Positions 27,069 through 35,392 of a stretch of DNA of 64,000 nucleotides are shown here, piece after piece. The position numbers and the translations under genes were made by a program. The stretch is from a virus. The stretch spans positions 64,696-128,695 of the IMG/VR virus record IMGVR_UViG_3300031539_000004; one strand, 5' to 3'. Within the stretch, counting starts at the first letter, position 1. Each line of letters opens with the position of its first letter. The notes beneath the pieces were generated by a model. It was given only the letters and a program-made list of their open reading frames with translations, did not search any database and was not told the DNA's origin.

Positions 27069-28517
27069 GTGAGTGAGTGGTTGCAGCCCATCATCCGCCG
27101 GGGCCGAGCGGTCGCGCTTGGCGACTTCATTCCCGGGTTCGGGCTTCGCTGCTCCGCCACTCGGCGGCGTGGTTCTCGTATCACCTTCTCTCGCTCGTTG
27201 GTCGGTTTCGATTCTGGCGGCGCTGCTCGGCTCGAGGCCTGCTGCTGCTCGTTGCGAAGTCTGCTCCGGGGTTTATCTGAGGAGTCGGAGCGGCCCCCTC
27301 CCGGTCGCGATGCCGGGCCCGTTTGTTGTCGTTTGCCAGAAGGGGGCGGGTCTCCCCCCGACCGCTTCGCCGTATCCGGCTCGTCGGTGCTAGTCCGTGG
27401 CGGCGCTGCCTTGCCCCCGAGGGGGCCGGCGCTGCTCGCCTTGCGATTGCCCAGGGTTCCTCGTGGCAGCGAGGCCGACCGAGGAGCTCCTCGATCGGGC
27501 CAGCGGTTATCTCAGTTTCCCCGGTCGCTTGGTCTGCGATCCGGCACCCTCTCGGGTGGCTGGTCCCTACCTCATGGCCGCCCGTTGTGGGCGGCGCGTC
27601 ATTGAGTGGTTCAAGTGATCCGACCCCGTGGCCGCTGCTTCCAGCCGAGGCTGGGTATGCGGTTCGATCGTCGGGCTTGGCCGAGCTGGCTGCCACCAGC
27701 TCGACGCCTCCGTTTTACCCGCCGGTTACCCGGTTAGTGGGAGCCCCCGGTACTACTGACCGTTCCCGTGGGCTAGAGGTCCATCGCCGTCTGTTGCGCC
27801 TCGGCGAGTCGTTCGACTGGCCGAGGTTGTTGCGAGCTTGCCGGGGTTCGGTGGCTTGCGCCACCCGGTCCCGGCGACCGGTTCGGAGCGTCGTCGGCGT
27901 TGGCCTCTGCTCCTGTTCGGCAGCCTCGTTGTGAGTGTTCGCCCGAGGGGGTTTCCCTCAACCGGCGCAACGCTCCGGGGCTGCCTATGTCGGTTCCAGC
28001 TCACCGCGCTCCTCCCGCTATCCCGGCGCTGACGCTTCAAAGCTTTCATGCTTTCCGGGCTCGGGCGCTTCGGTGAGCTGTCCCGTAATCCTTCACCCCG
28101 AGGCTGCGTTGAGCCGTTCGGATCCCGCTCCGATTCGCCGAGGCTTACGCCTCGAGGTGGCTGATCGACGCTCAAGCGGGCCTCCCGCCGGTTGGCGGTG
28201 CTCGTTCTCGTTGGTTGCTCGGGTGCGCTGTGGGGGTGACTTGGCCTGCTGGCCTGACGCCACCCGCTCCGCTTTGCCTCACTCGCCCTGCCGGGCTCGT
28301 CCGTTAGTCGCTCCGGCGGGAGGCCCGCTTGAGCGTCGATCGTTGCTTTGTTCGCCGTGTCCGGCTGCGGTTGCTCCGCTGCCCGAGGCTTGCCCTCGTA
28401 GTCTCACCAGTTGGTCCGGTGCCGACCTTGCGCCGCTCGAGCCCTTATGGCTTCGGCCTCTCGGCCTGGCGACTCGCCCCGGGTCTTGTGGGGGCTTCCC
28501 GTCTTGCTTACGAGGAC

Positions 28518-28611
28518 AACGTAACTTCCCCGCTGTAGCCGAGTCAACTACAAAGAGGGGTTCCGAGGGAACAACGCCCTGACCAGCATCTATGTAGCCG
28601 AAGAAGCTACA
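28518..28611 (-). promoter_or_regulatory. Promoter of long RNA 1 with two palindromes
   Basis: TTGACT-N18-TACGTT; palindromes 28534-28552 and 28593-28611. Confidence 0.82.
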
Positions 28612-28634
28612 GCTCGGCGTGGGATCGCCGAGGA

Positions 28635-29417
28635 TCAGGCGTCGCTGGCGTCCTCGGGATCGCCCTCGGGCCGGCCCGGCCACAGGTCGGCGTAGGGGTG
28701 AGCGTCGCCCACGATCAACGCCTCGCCCTCGCACACGCCCGTCAGCGTGAGATCGACGTGCTCCCACGTCCACCACCCGCCGCACCGGTCGCAGCCCGCA
28801 CCAGCGCCGTCAGGGGCCTCTCGCAGGTCATGGCGCAAGGCGTCCAGCAGCGCCACGAACTCGGCGTGGCTGTCGACCCGCAGCCCCGGGTGGTCGCCGT
28901 TGTACGGCTGAGTGAACAGGACCGGCACCGTCTCGCCCATCGCCTCGAGCGCCTCGTAGTTGTCGACCGAGTCCTCGAGGAACACGTCGGTCTCGACCGC
29001 ACCCTTGTCGTGGCTCACCGTCACCGAGTCGAACGGGACCCCGAGCTCGCCGAGCCAAGCGAACGTCGACCGCCTGGCCGTCGCCTCCACCGTCGGGACG
29101 TTGCGCGACGTGACGAGGTGCAGCTCGTCGCCCGCCGAGGTGATCGCCAGCATCGCTTCCACCGCGCCCTCGATCGCCGGCGACGGCCCGAAGATCACGC
29201 CCGCCTCGATCCCGGCGACGAACTCGGCCATCCACTCCTCGGTCGTGAGGCCCCAGTCCTCCCGGTGGAACGACCAGACCGTCGGCTCGCCGAGCTCGGC
29301 CCGGTCATGGCCTCGGGAGACAAGCCAGTCGCGGAACCGGTCCACGAACGGGTAGAGCACCCCGTCTACGTCCATCCCCACCCTGAGCTTGTGACGCAGC
29401 TCATCCCCACCCGCCAT
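28635..29417 (-). CDS. HAD-family 5'(3')-deoxyribonucleotidase-like protein
   Basis: VGMDVDGVL, LVTSR, DVFLEDS, PVLFTQPYN. Confidence 0.8.
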   Translation of the reverse strand: MAGGDELRHKLRVGMDVDGVLYPFVDRFRDWLVSRGHDRAELGEPTVWSFHREDWGLTTEEWMAEFVAGIEAGVIFGPSPAIEGAVEAMLAITSAGDELHLVTSRNVPTVEATARRSTFAWLGELGVPFDSVTVSHDKGAVETDVFLEDSVDNYEALEAMGETVPVLFTQPYNGDHPGLRVDSHAEFVALLDALRHDLREAPDGAGAGCDRCGGWWTWEHVDLTLTGVCEGEALIVGDAHPYADLWPGRPEGDPEDASDA

Positions 29418-29494
29418 GCCAACCGAGCGTAGGCGCGCAACGACCCCGGGGTTCCGCGAAGGAACCACCGGGGCCGCCGCAACTGACCGCCAGG

Positions 29495-30346
29495 TCAGAG
29501 CTTGATACCGGGCTGCGGCGTGCCGTGGAAGGCCGTCATCTCGGTGGCTTCCTCGATCGCCGTCACGATGTCACCGAACGCTGACCGGAGCACCTCGCGG
29601 GGCCGGACCATCGCGTACCCGATCTGCAGCCGGCCCTCTCGGATCCGGTAGCGGAGCTGGCAGGTGACCCGGTACCGGTCGCTGCCCTCGTAGGGCGCGA
29701 CCCCGATCACGAACTCCTTCGGGATCGTGATGTCGCCCTTCTGGCCGGCCTTCGCCACGGTGGTCTCGTCGTACATGAGCTTCCGCTCGCCCGACTGGAG
29801 GACGATCGCCTCCTTGAACGCGACCGCCGTGTTGGCTTCGAAGGTGCGTGCCAGCTCCACCATCGTCGCCGCCTCGGGTTCCACGATCTCGAGCTGGCCG
29901 AGCTCGAGGTGCTCGGCGAACTCCTGCTGGCCCATGAGACCCCCGTCCTTGGCGGTCCAGCGGTCCCACTCGGGAGTGTGGCGCAGAGCGAGCGTCGCCG
30001 TGTGGTCATGCCACCCGGCGGTCTCCCCCTCGGGGACGTGCCCGTTGAGGACACCGATGACCTTCGACGCCTCGATGTTGGCGAAGAGCGCCGACCCGGG
30101 GCCGGCGTGCTCGTTGACGTACCTGCTCAGCGAGTCGTGGGTGTAGAAGATCGCCGGGCCGGTCTTGCGTGGCGGGGCGGCGGCCAGGCCGAGGGTGTTG
30201 ACCAGCTCGGTGCGGCCGTTCGCGACGACCATGAACACCTCGCCCGGTTCGACCTTGCGGGGGGCGACGGCCTTCTGTGCCTGCTCGATGATGGCCGCGG
30301 CGTCGCCTGCGGTGGCCTCGAGGATGTTCGTCGTCGGATCGCTCAC
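29495..30346 (-). CDS. DUF2303 (YfdQ-like) protein
   Basis: Family pattern FYTHDSLSRYV...LNGH...GWHDHTA...QQEFAEHLE; paired with upstream YfdP-like gene. Confidence 0.8.
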   Translation of the reverse strand: MSDPTTNILEATAGDAAAIIEQAQKAVAPRKVEPGEVFMVVANGRTELVNTLGLAAAPPRKTGPAIFYTHDSLSRYVNEHAGPGSALFANIEASKVIGVLNGHVPEGETAGWHDHTATLALRHTPEWDRWTAKDGGLMGQQEFAEHLELGQLEIVEPEAATMVELARTFEANTAVAFKEAIVLQSGERKLMYDETTVAKAGQKGDITIPKEFVIGVAPYEGSDRYRVTCQLRYRIREGRLQIGYAMVRPREVLRSAFGDIVTAIEEATEMTAFHGTPQPGIKL

Positions 30347-30717
30347 GATCCCACCTCCCTGATCTCCCCGGTCTCGGGGTCGACTTCCTTGTCTGGCGGC
30401 GGCGTGCTCACGTCACGGAGCGGCAGCCGGGGTTGCATCGGGTTGTCGCGGGAGAGGTTGCAGTCCTCGTCCACGAAGTAGAGCGACGGGTCGCGGTCGG
30501 CCTCGGGGAGCGTGACGGCGATCTTGTCCTTCACGATCACCATCTGCCCTTCGGGCTTCACCGAGATCGTGAGCGTCATCTTCCCGCTCTTGCCGGTGTC
30601 GGTCACCGCCTCGAGCAACGCGTTGAGCGCGTCGCCGAGCTCGAGGTGCGTCAGCCCGTTGCGCTGATCGGCCAGGAAGTCGGCGAATGGCCGAACCTGG
30701 CGGTCGGATTCTGGCAT
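30343..30717 (-). CDS. YfdP-like partner of DUF2303
   Basis: FADFLADQRNG...GKSGKMTLTISVKP...LSRDNPMQ. Confidence 0.75.
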   Translation of the reverse strand: MPESDRQVRPFADFLADQRNGLTHLELGDALNALLEAVTDTGKSGKMTLTISVKPEGQMVIVKDKIAVTLPEADRDPSLYFVDEDCNLSRDNPMQPRLPLRDVSTPPPDKEVDPETGEIREVGS

Positions 30718-30751
30718 GGTGGGTCCTCCTCTTTCTGTGGTTGTGGTGAGG

Positions 30752-31330
30752 TCAGGCCGGGTGGTGGACGAACTGGTCGATCATCGCCGCGTAGGCGCGC
30801 CACTCGGCGAGGTGCATGCGGGCGTCGTCCAGGCCCCGGTGGTTCTTGAGGTCGCCGTCGCCCGACTCGGGGACGAGGTCGCCTCGCCCGGCGAGCCACA
30901 GGCCGCGGCGGATGACGCCCACGTCGAGGTGCGGGTACTGGAGCCACGCCTCGAGGGTGGGCATCTGACGGTGAACGAACCGGCGATCGAAGTGCGAGAC
31001 GCCCGAGCCGGCCAGCAGCACCCGGTGAGGCTTCGCCCCGTTCGGCACGAGGACCGATTCGATGAGCATCGCCTCTACCTCGACCAGCGAGAGCGGCGAC
31101 CGCTCGACCGCCTCGAGCAGACCGTTCCCGGTGTGCATTTCGAGCACGAAGTCGTTCATCAGGTGAGCGACCGTCGCCGGGTAGTGGACGACCCCGCTGA
31201 ACTCGGAGAGCGTTTCGAACGGCGGGTCGACCCCGGTGAGGATCGATCCGACTTCAAGGATCTTGTCCTCGGCCTCGTCGGTGCCGGTGGTCTCCAGGTC
31301 AAACCAGAGGAGGTGCTTCGCTTCAGGCAT
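30752..31330 (-). CDS. orn: Oligoribonuclease-like DEDDh exonuclease
   Basis: LLWFDLETTG, VLEMHTGNGL, LAGSGVSHFDRRF, HLDV, HRGLDD. Confidence 0.85.
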   Translation of the reverse strand: MPEAKHLLWFDLETTGTDEAEDKILEVGSILTGVDPPFETLSEFSGVVHYPATVAHLMNDFVLEMHTGNGLLEAVERSPLSLVEVEAMLIESVLVPNGAKPHRVLLAGSGVSHFDRRFVHRQMPTLEAWLQYPHLDVGVIRRGLWLAGRGDLVPESGDGDLKNHRGLDDARMHLAEWRAYAAMIDQFVHHPA

Positions 31331-31339
31331 TCGCCGTCT

Positions 31340-31440
31340 CCTTTATCGGTGCCGGTGGACCGTAGCACCGCACCCGGAGTAGTTGCGGGTCCGTAGCCTT
31401 CGGAGCTACAGTCGTCGGGACCGCCAAACCAGGAGGAGCC
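31340..31440. promoter_or_regulatory. Divergent promoter region with palindrome 31392-31410
   Basis: cgtag ccttcggag ctaca; TACAGT rightward, TACGGT leftward; gene orientation switches here. Confidence 0.75.
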
Positions 31441-31443
31441 GAC

Positions 31444-31728
31444 ATGGCTGCGACACCCGGAAATGACAACTACTCGGCAGGGTTGGTACTCGCCGAGCTC
31501 GCCGACCATTGGGCGATCGGTGAGTGGATCACCGACGGAGCCCTCACGGTGATGCCGAGCGCCCAGCCGCGGTACGCCGCGCTGAGCACGGGCGAGAAGA
31601 ACATCGTGGACATCGCTTGGGCGATGCAGCAGGGCCGGTGGGACTTCCCGGTGGTGAAGGTGCTGGAGCTGGACTCGGGCTGGCGCGAGATCGTGATGGC
31701 AGCGATCTCGGCGCGGGTCCTCGCGTAA
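31444..31728 (+). CDS. Hypothetical protein
   Basis: RBS CAGGAGGAG. Confidence 0.7.
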   Translation: MAATPGNDNYSAGLVLAELADHWAIGEWITDGALTVMPSAQPRYAALSTGEKNIVDIAWAMQQGRWDFPVVKVLELDSGWREIVMAAISARVLA

Positions 31729-31737
31729 CCTCGCGGC

Positions 31738-32685
31738 ATGGGCACCAACGCCTTCAACGGTCAGGGGGATCCGTTCGGGTCCGGCTCGGTCGTGATCCCC
31801 GACGTTCCGACGCCGCTCGTCGCGTACCGCCAGTGGCAGGTCCAGTGGGGCCAGATCCCGGTTGAGGCTTCCGGGGCGTTCCCGTTCCCGGTTGGTGGCG
31901 ACTCGCGGCTCCAGTCGACGTACAACCACGGGGTGTGGGAGCCGGGTCGCGAGGCGCGGGCGGGGTGCCCGTGGTCGGACGGCGACCATCACCCCCAAGT
32001 GGTCGAGAATGGGATGATCCGGTTCCCGTTCGGGGTCCCGGCCCGGTACACCTATCCCGACCGCGACGTGTGCCGGGCGTGCCCGTCGCCGACGGCCGCG
32101 GGTCATGAGGGGTACGGCTGCGGGATCTACGGGTTCAAGCTGCCCGGCAAGCTTGCCGCCGAGTCGCCGCTGATCTCGAGGGCGTGGGGCCGGATCGAGA
32201 TGTGGGGCACCGTCTACGACCACGACTACGGCTACCGCGGGTCCCACGCCCGGGTGACCGGCATCGGCCTCCCCTTGGCCTTCGCCGATCGGAACGGGTG
32301 GGAGCTGGCGATGGTCGGGAGCCGCTCGAGTCAGCGCCACATGCTCGACTACCTCGCCGCCCTCTCGTTCCTGGCGCAGATCTACCGTGTGCCGCTTCTC
32401 AGGCCCCGCTCGGCGGTATCCGTCGAGGAGGTCTACCGGATGGCCTTAGCGGGCCGTGAGACGCCTGTCGTGGTCGATGAGGAGGTCGATCCGATCCATT
32501 ACGCCCGCGAGCTGATGGCGAACGGCTACGAACCGGATCTCGGTGCCCGAGCTCGGAAGCACCGCGAGGTCATGGAGCTGACCGCGGTCCAGTCGATGAG
32601 CGGCGAAGCGAACATGCGCCGGCTGATCGAGATGCTCCACCTCGACCCCGCCGACTTCGGCCTCGAGGACGACGATGGCGAGTGA
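31738..32685 (+). CDS. Hypothetical protein, paralog A (GCGxY...WG.V..H..GYR family)
   Basis: Clear similarity to next gene. Confidence 0.8.
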   Translation: MGTNAFNGQGDPFGSGSVVIPDVPTPLVAYRQWQVQWGQIPVEASGAFPFPVGGDSRLQSTYNHGVWEPGREARAGCPWSDGDHHPQVVENGMIRFPFGVPARYTYPDRDVCRACPSPTAAGHEGYGCGIYGFKLPGKLAAESPLISRAWGRIEMWGTVYDHDYGYRGSHARVTGIGLPLAFADRNGWELAMVGSRSSQRHMLDYLAALSFLAQIYRVPLLRPRSAVSVEEVYRMALAGRETPVVVDEEVDPIHYARELMANGYEPDLGARARKHREVMELTAVQSMSGEANMRRLIEMLHLDPADFGLEDDDGE

Positions 32686-33622
32686 CCCGTCGTCGCCGAT
32701 GTGGCCGCTCGACTTCGGCGAGGGGTTCCGGGTTCCTGATGTGCCCGAGCCGATCGTCGGCTACCGGTGGTGGGTGCGAGCTGGCGGCCAGGGCCACCCG
32801 CTGCTCCTCTCGCCGCGCACCCGCCTGCCTTGGCGTCCCGGCGAACCGACGCGAGCGTTCTGCGTTCCGGGTTCGCACAACGGTGGCCGCGACGCTGCGT
32901 GCTCGAGGTGCCCGTGCCCTGGCGACGCGGCGAACCACGACGGGTACGGGTGCGGCCTCTACGCCTACCGGTCGCTGAAGGCGTTGCTCCACGAGATCGA
33001 GTTCCCGACCCACAAGCTCGGCGTGTTCAATTCGGGCTGGCAGGTGGTGGTCGGTCAGGTCGAGCTGTGGGGCGACGTGTACGAGCATGTCAAGGGGTAC
33101 CGGGCGCAGTTCGCGAGGCCGTCGAAGCTGTTCGTCTATCCGCCGCCGGGGGATCATCAGTCGATCGATCCCGCGCTGATCGCCGAGCTCGCCGACGGGA
33201 TTGACATGGCCCCGTCGGCGCTCGAGCTGGTGACGATCGCGGCCGAGGTGAGGCGTGTGGCACCGGCTGATCTTGAGGCGTTGGGCGAGGTGTACGAGAT
33301 CCCGGTGGAGCCGTTCCCGATGTCGGCGGCCGAGGTGAACCGCGAGGTAGCGCAGTTCATGGCGTCGGTGTTCGCCGAGGTGAGGCGCTCCGCTGCGAGT
33401 CAGGTGCGAGCGTCGATGCCGGGCCGGCTCTCCGTGGTCGGCCACGTCGTCGGCCTGGTCGCCGCGTTGCTGTTCCTCGGATCGGACCTGGCGTCGGCCA
33501 GTTGGTTCGGGGTGGTGCTGTGGACGGCGATGGCCGGGATCTACCTGCACTGGCTCGTGAAGTACGGCGTGCGTCGGCGAGTGATCGGCGCGCTCGAGAT
33601 GGAGGAGGACGAAGATGGGTGA
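32675..33622 (+). CDS. Hypothetical protein, paralog B, with C-terminal transmembrane helices
   Basis: Similar to 31738-32685; two hydrophobic helices at C-term. Confidence 0.8.
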   Translation: MASDPSSPMWPLDFGEGFRVPDVPEPIVGYRWWVRAGGQGHPLLLSPRTRLPWRPGEPTRAFCVPGSHNGGRDAACSRCPCPGDAANHDGYGCGLYAYRSLKALLHEIEFPTHKLGVFNSGWQVVVGQVELWGDVYEHVKGYRAQFARPSKLFVYPPPGDHQSIDPALIAELADGIDMAPSALELVTIAAEVRRVAPADLEALGEVYEIPVEPFPMSAAEVNREVAQFMASVFAEVRRSAASQVRASMPGRLSVVGHVVGLVAALLFLGSDLASASWFGVVLWTAMAGIYLHWLVKYGVRRRVIGALEMEEDEDG

Positions 33623-33749
33623 GATCGGGAAGCCGATTCGGGAGGAACCGCTGGTGGTGCCAGCCCCGGCGACGGAGCCGGCGAGGCGCGAGCCGTCACC
33701 CGCGACGCCTTCGACGCCAGTCCCTGAGCGGGAACCGGTCTCGACGTGA
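33615..33749 (+). CDS. Small Pro/Glu-rich peptide MGEIGKPIREEPLVVPAP...
   Basis: RBS GAGGAC, overlaps upstream stop; 44 aa; not in supplied ORF track. Confidence 0.6.
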   Translation: MGEIGKPIREEPLVVPAPATEPARREPSPATPSTPVPEREPVST

Positions 33750-33849
33750 GCTGGGAACTGCTGGCCGGCGTCGGGGCTGTGGTGGCGCTCGGTTGTGGTG
33801 GTGGTCCGGTTCATCTGGCGGAATTGGCGCTGAGCTCGGGGGCGTTTCC

Positions 33850-33918
33850 GCTGGTCAGCGAGTTGTTCCCCGAGAACCCCCGTTTGTAGTTGATTCGGCT
33901 ACAGCGGTATGCCATGCT
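33850..33918 (+). promoter_or_regulatory. Promoter of long RNA 2 with palindrome over -35
   Basis: TTGATT-N17-CATGCT; palindrome 33885-33903. Confidence 0.82.
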
Positions 33919-34355
33919 GGTCCTCGTCGGGAAGCCCCCACATACCCGGCAAGCAAGTAGGGGCGAGTCGCAACAGCGGCGGGCAGCACCAGCCACCGGT
34001 GAGACCACCCGAGAGGGGGCAGGGGAGCCAACCCCGGCAGTAGCGAACAAGGCAGACCGAGGGGGAAGCCCTCGGAGCGCCGATCGCCTGGCGCTCGTAC
34101 CAAGTGAGGCGAACCGATCGAGAGCACCTTGATCGGGCTTGGCACCTCGGAGGTACCGCCCCGAAGTAACGCCAACGACTCCAGCCCTGACGGCTAACGA
34201 CCACGACTCACCCCTCGAGGTGAGCGACCCCTGAACGAAGGCTGGACGAGGTCGAAAAGGCAAAGCGAGTGAACGAGGAGAACGAGCCGAAGAACCCCGG
34301 ATGAGAACCACGGAGCTGCAGCGAAGTGGGGAGAGCATGGGGGTCGGAGGCTCGG

Positions 34356-34451
34356 GCCAAGCCCGATCAAGGTGCTCACGATCGGGAAGCTCGACCGGCC
34401 GCCTCGGTGGGCCGAGCGTCACAGACACGGGGTTCGAACCCCCGGCTAGGC
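34356..34451 (+). other. tRNA-like element within long RNA 2 (aberrant anticodon arm)
   Basis: GCCAAGC/GCTAGGC-A acceptor (6/7 bp), GATC/GATC D-stem with GG in loop, CGGGG-TTCGAAC-CCCCG T-arm. Confidence 0.55.
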
Positions 34452-35312
34452 ACGAGCAAGTGCCAACCTCCTTCGGCCCTGCCGCTCGGAGCGCCTCCCC
34501 GGCATGGGGTAGCGGAGACGGAACCAGATGCGACGCTCGCTCCACCGAGGCGGCTGGTCGAGAGCAGAGTCGGTGGCCCTCATGGGGTCATCGGGTCAGC
34601 GAGCTCAGGACTCGCCCGCAGTAATGCCCTCGGGAACACCGGGGGCCGTGGCCGAGCTGGAACCTCCTCCCCCTGCCGGTAACGCGGGCAGGGGCATGGG
34701 ACATGCCAGCGACGCTGCGAGGGCGGAGGAAATGGGAGCATGCCAAACCGGCCCGAGAGGGTGGGCAACACGCAAGCGGTGGCGAAGCCCTTCTAGAGCT
34801 GAGAGGTCGGCGTCGAGCGATCGGCGCAGCAGCGTAAACCCGGCGACGAGCCGGGGTGGTCGGCCTAGCATCGCAACCCCGGTGAACCCATGAAGGTCAC
34901 CGACTCGAGCTGCTACGCCAGCGTCGGACCCGACTCGGGGGCGGCGACTTCAGCGAACCGATCCAAGACCAAGTAGGCCGGCGACTCCCCTCCGGGGCGA
35001 GCGCCGACGAACGTGCGGACACCGGTCGACTCGGAGCGCCACCGCGAGGGAGACCGGTGAAGGGGTGGCTGGCTGAGGAACCTCCCCCAAGAGGGCCCCG
35101 GCGTGCGCGGTTGAGACAACCCAAGCGTCGGGAAGCGGTACCAAGGAACACGGCTAAGTAGTCCAGCCGGTGAGGGGGCCGGGAGCGAGTGATCGCCCGG
35201 GTGTGATGAGCATGGGAGACGGCCAGCGAGCAGGCCCGATGGATACGTCTGGCCGCGCTCAACACCTCCCACCGAAGCTCCTCGGGGCCGGCGTTGGCGT
35301 AGCAGCTCGAGG

Positions 35313-35343
35313 GGCCCTCGGCTTCGGCCGGGGGCTTCTTCTC
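35313..35343 (+). terminator. Intrinsic terminator of long RNA 2
   Basis: GGCCCTCGGC-TTCG-GCCGGGGGCT then TCTTCTC; resembles RNA 1 terminator. Confidence 0.75.
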
Positions 35344-35392
35344 GTTCCGGGGTTCCTGTTCCGTGGCCCTCGGCTGGAATAGGCTGGCCCGC

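Larger units (their letters stand above)
26651..28511 (-). ncRNA. Putative ~1.86-kb structured non-coding RNA (long RNA 1)
   Basis: Own promoter without downstream ATG, terminator, no credible ORF, many GC hairpins with GNRA/UUCG loops, 29-bp perfect stem, six sequence blocks shared with RNA 2. Confidence 0.78.
33926..35343 (+). ncRNA. Putative ~1.42-kb structured non-coding RNA (long RNA 2), paralog of RNA 1
   Basis: Promoter without ATG, terminator, no credible ORF, shared colinear blocks with RNA 1, 22-bp perfect stem. Confidence 0.78.

Noticed and set aside
27360-27382. Group II intron domain V-like GAGCCGGATACG in RNA 1
   Set aside because: The 3' strand of the DV helix is incomplete, there is no RT/maturase, no interrupted exon, and no equivalent seen in RNA 2.
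26689-28785. ORFs of 60-215 aa inside long RNA 1 (e.g. 27753-28175, 26979-27605)
   Set aside because: Arg/Pro/Ser-rich GC-frame translations with no RBS, no motifs and no coupling.
26980-34451. Canonical tRNA or tmRNA genes
   Set aside because: Neither tRNA-like element has a 7-nt anticodon loop or encoded CCA, and no tmRNA 5' end or tag ORF was found.
33811-35382. ORFs overlapping long RNA 2 (e.g. 33811-34545, 34301-34682)
   Set aside because: Low-complexity translations without start context.
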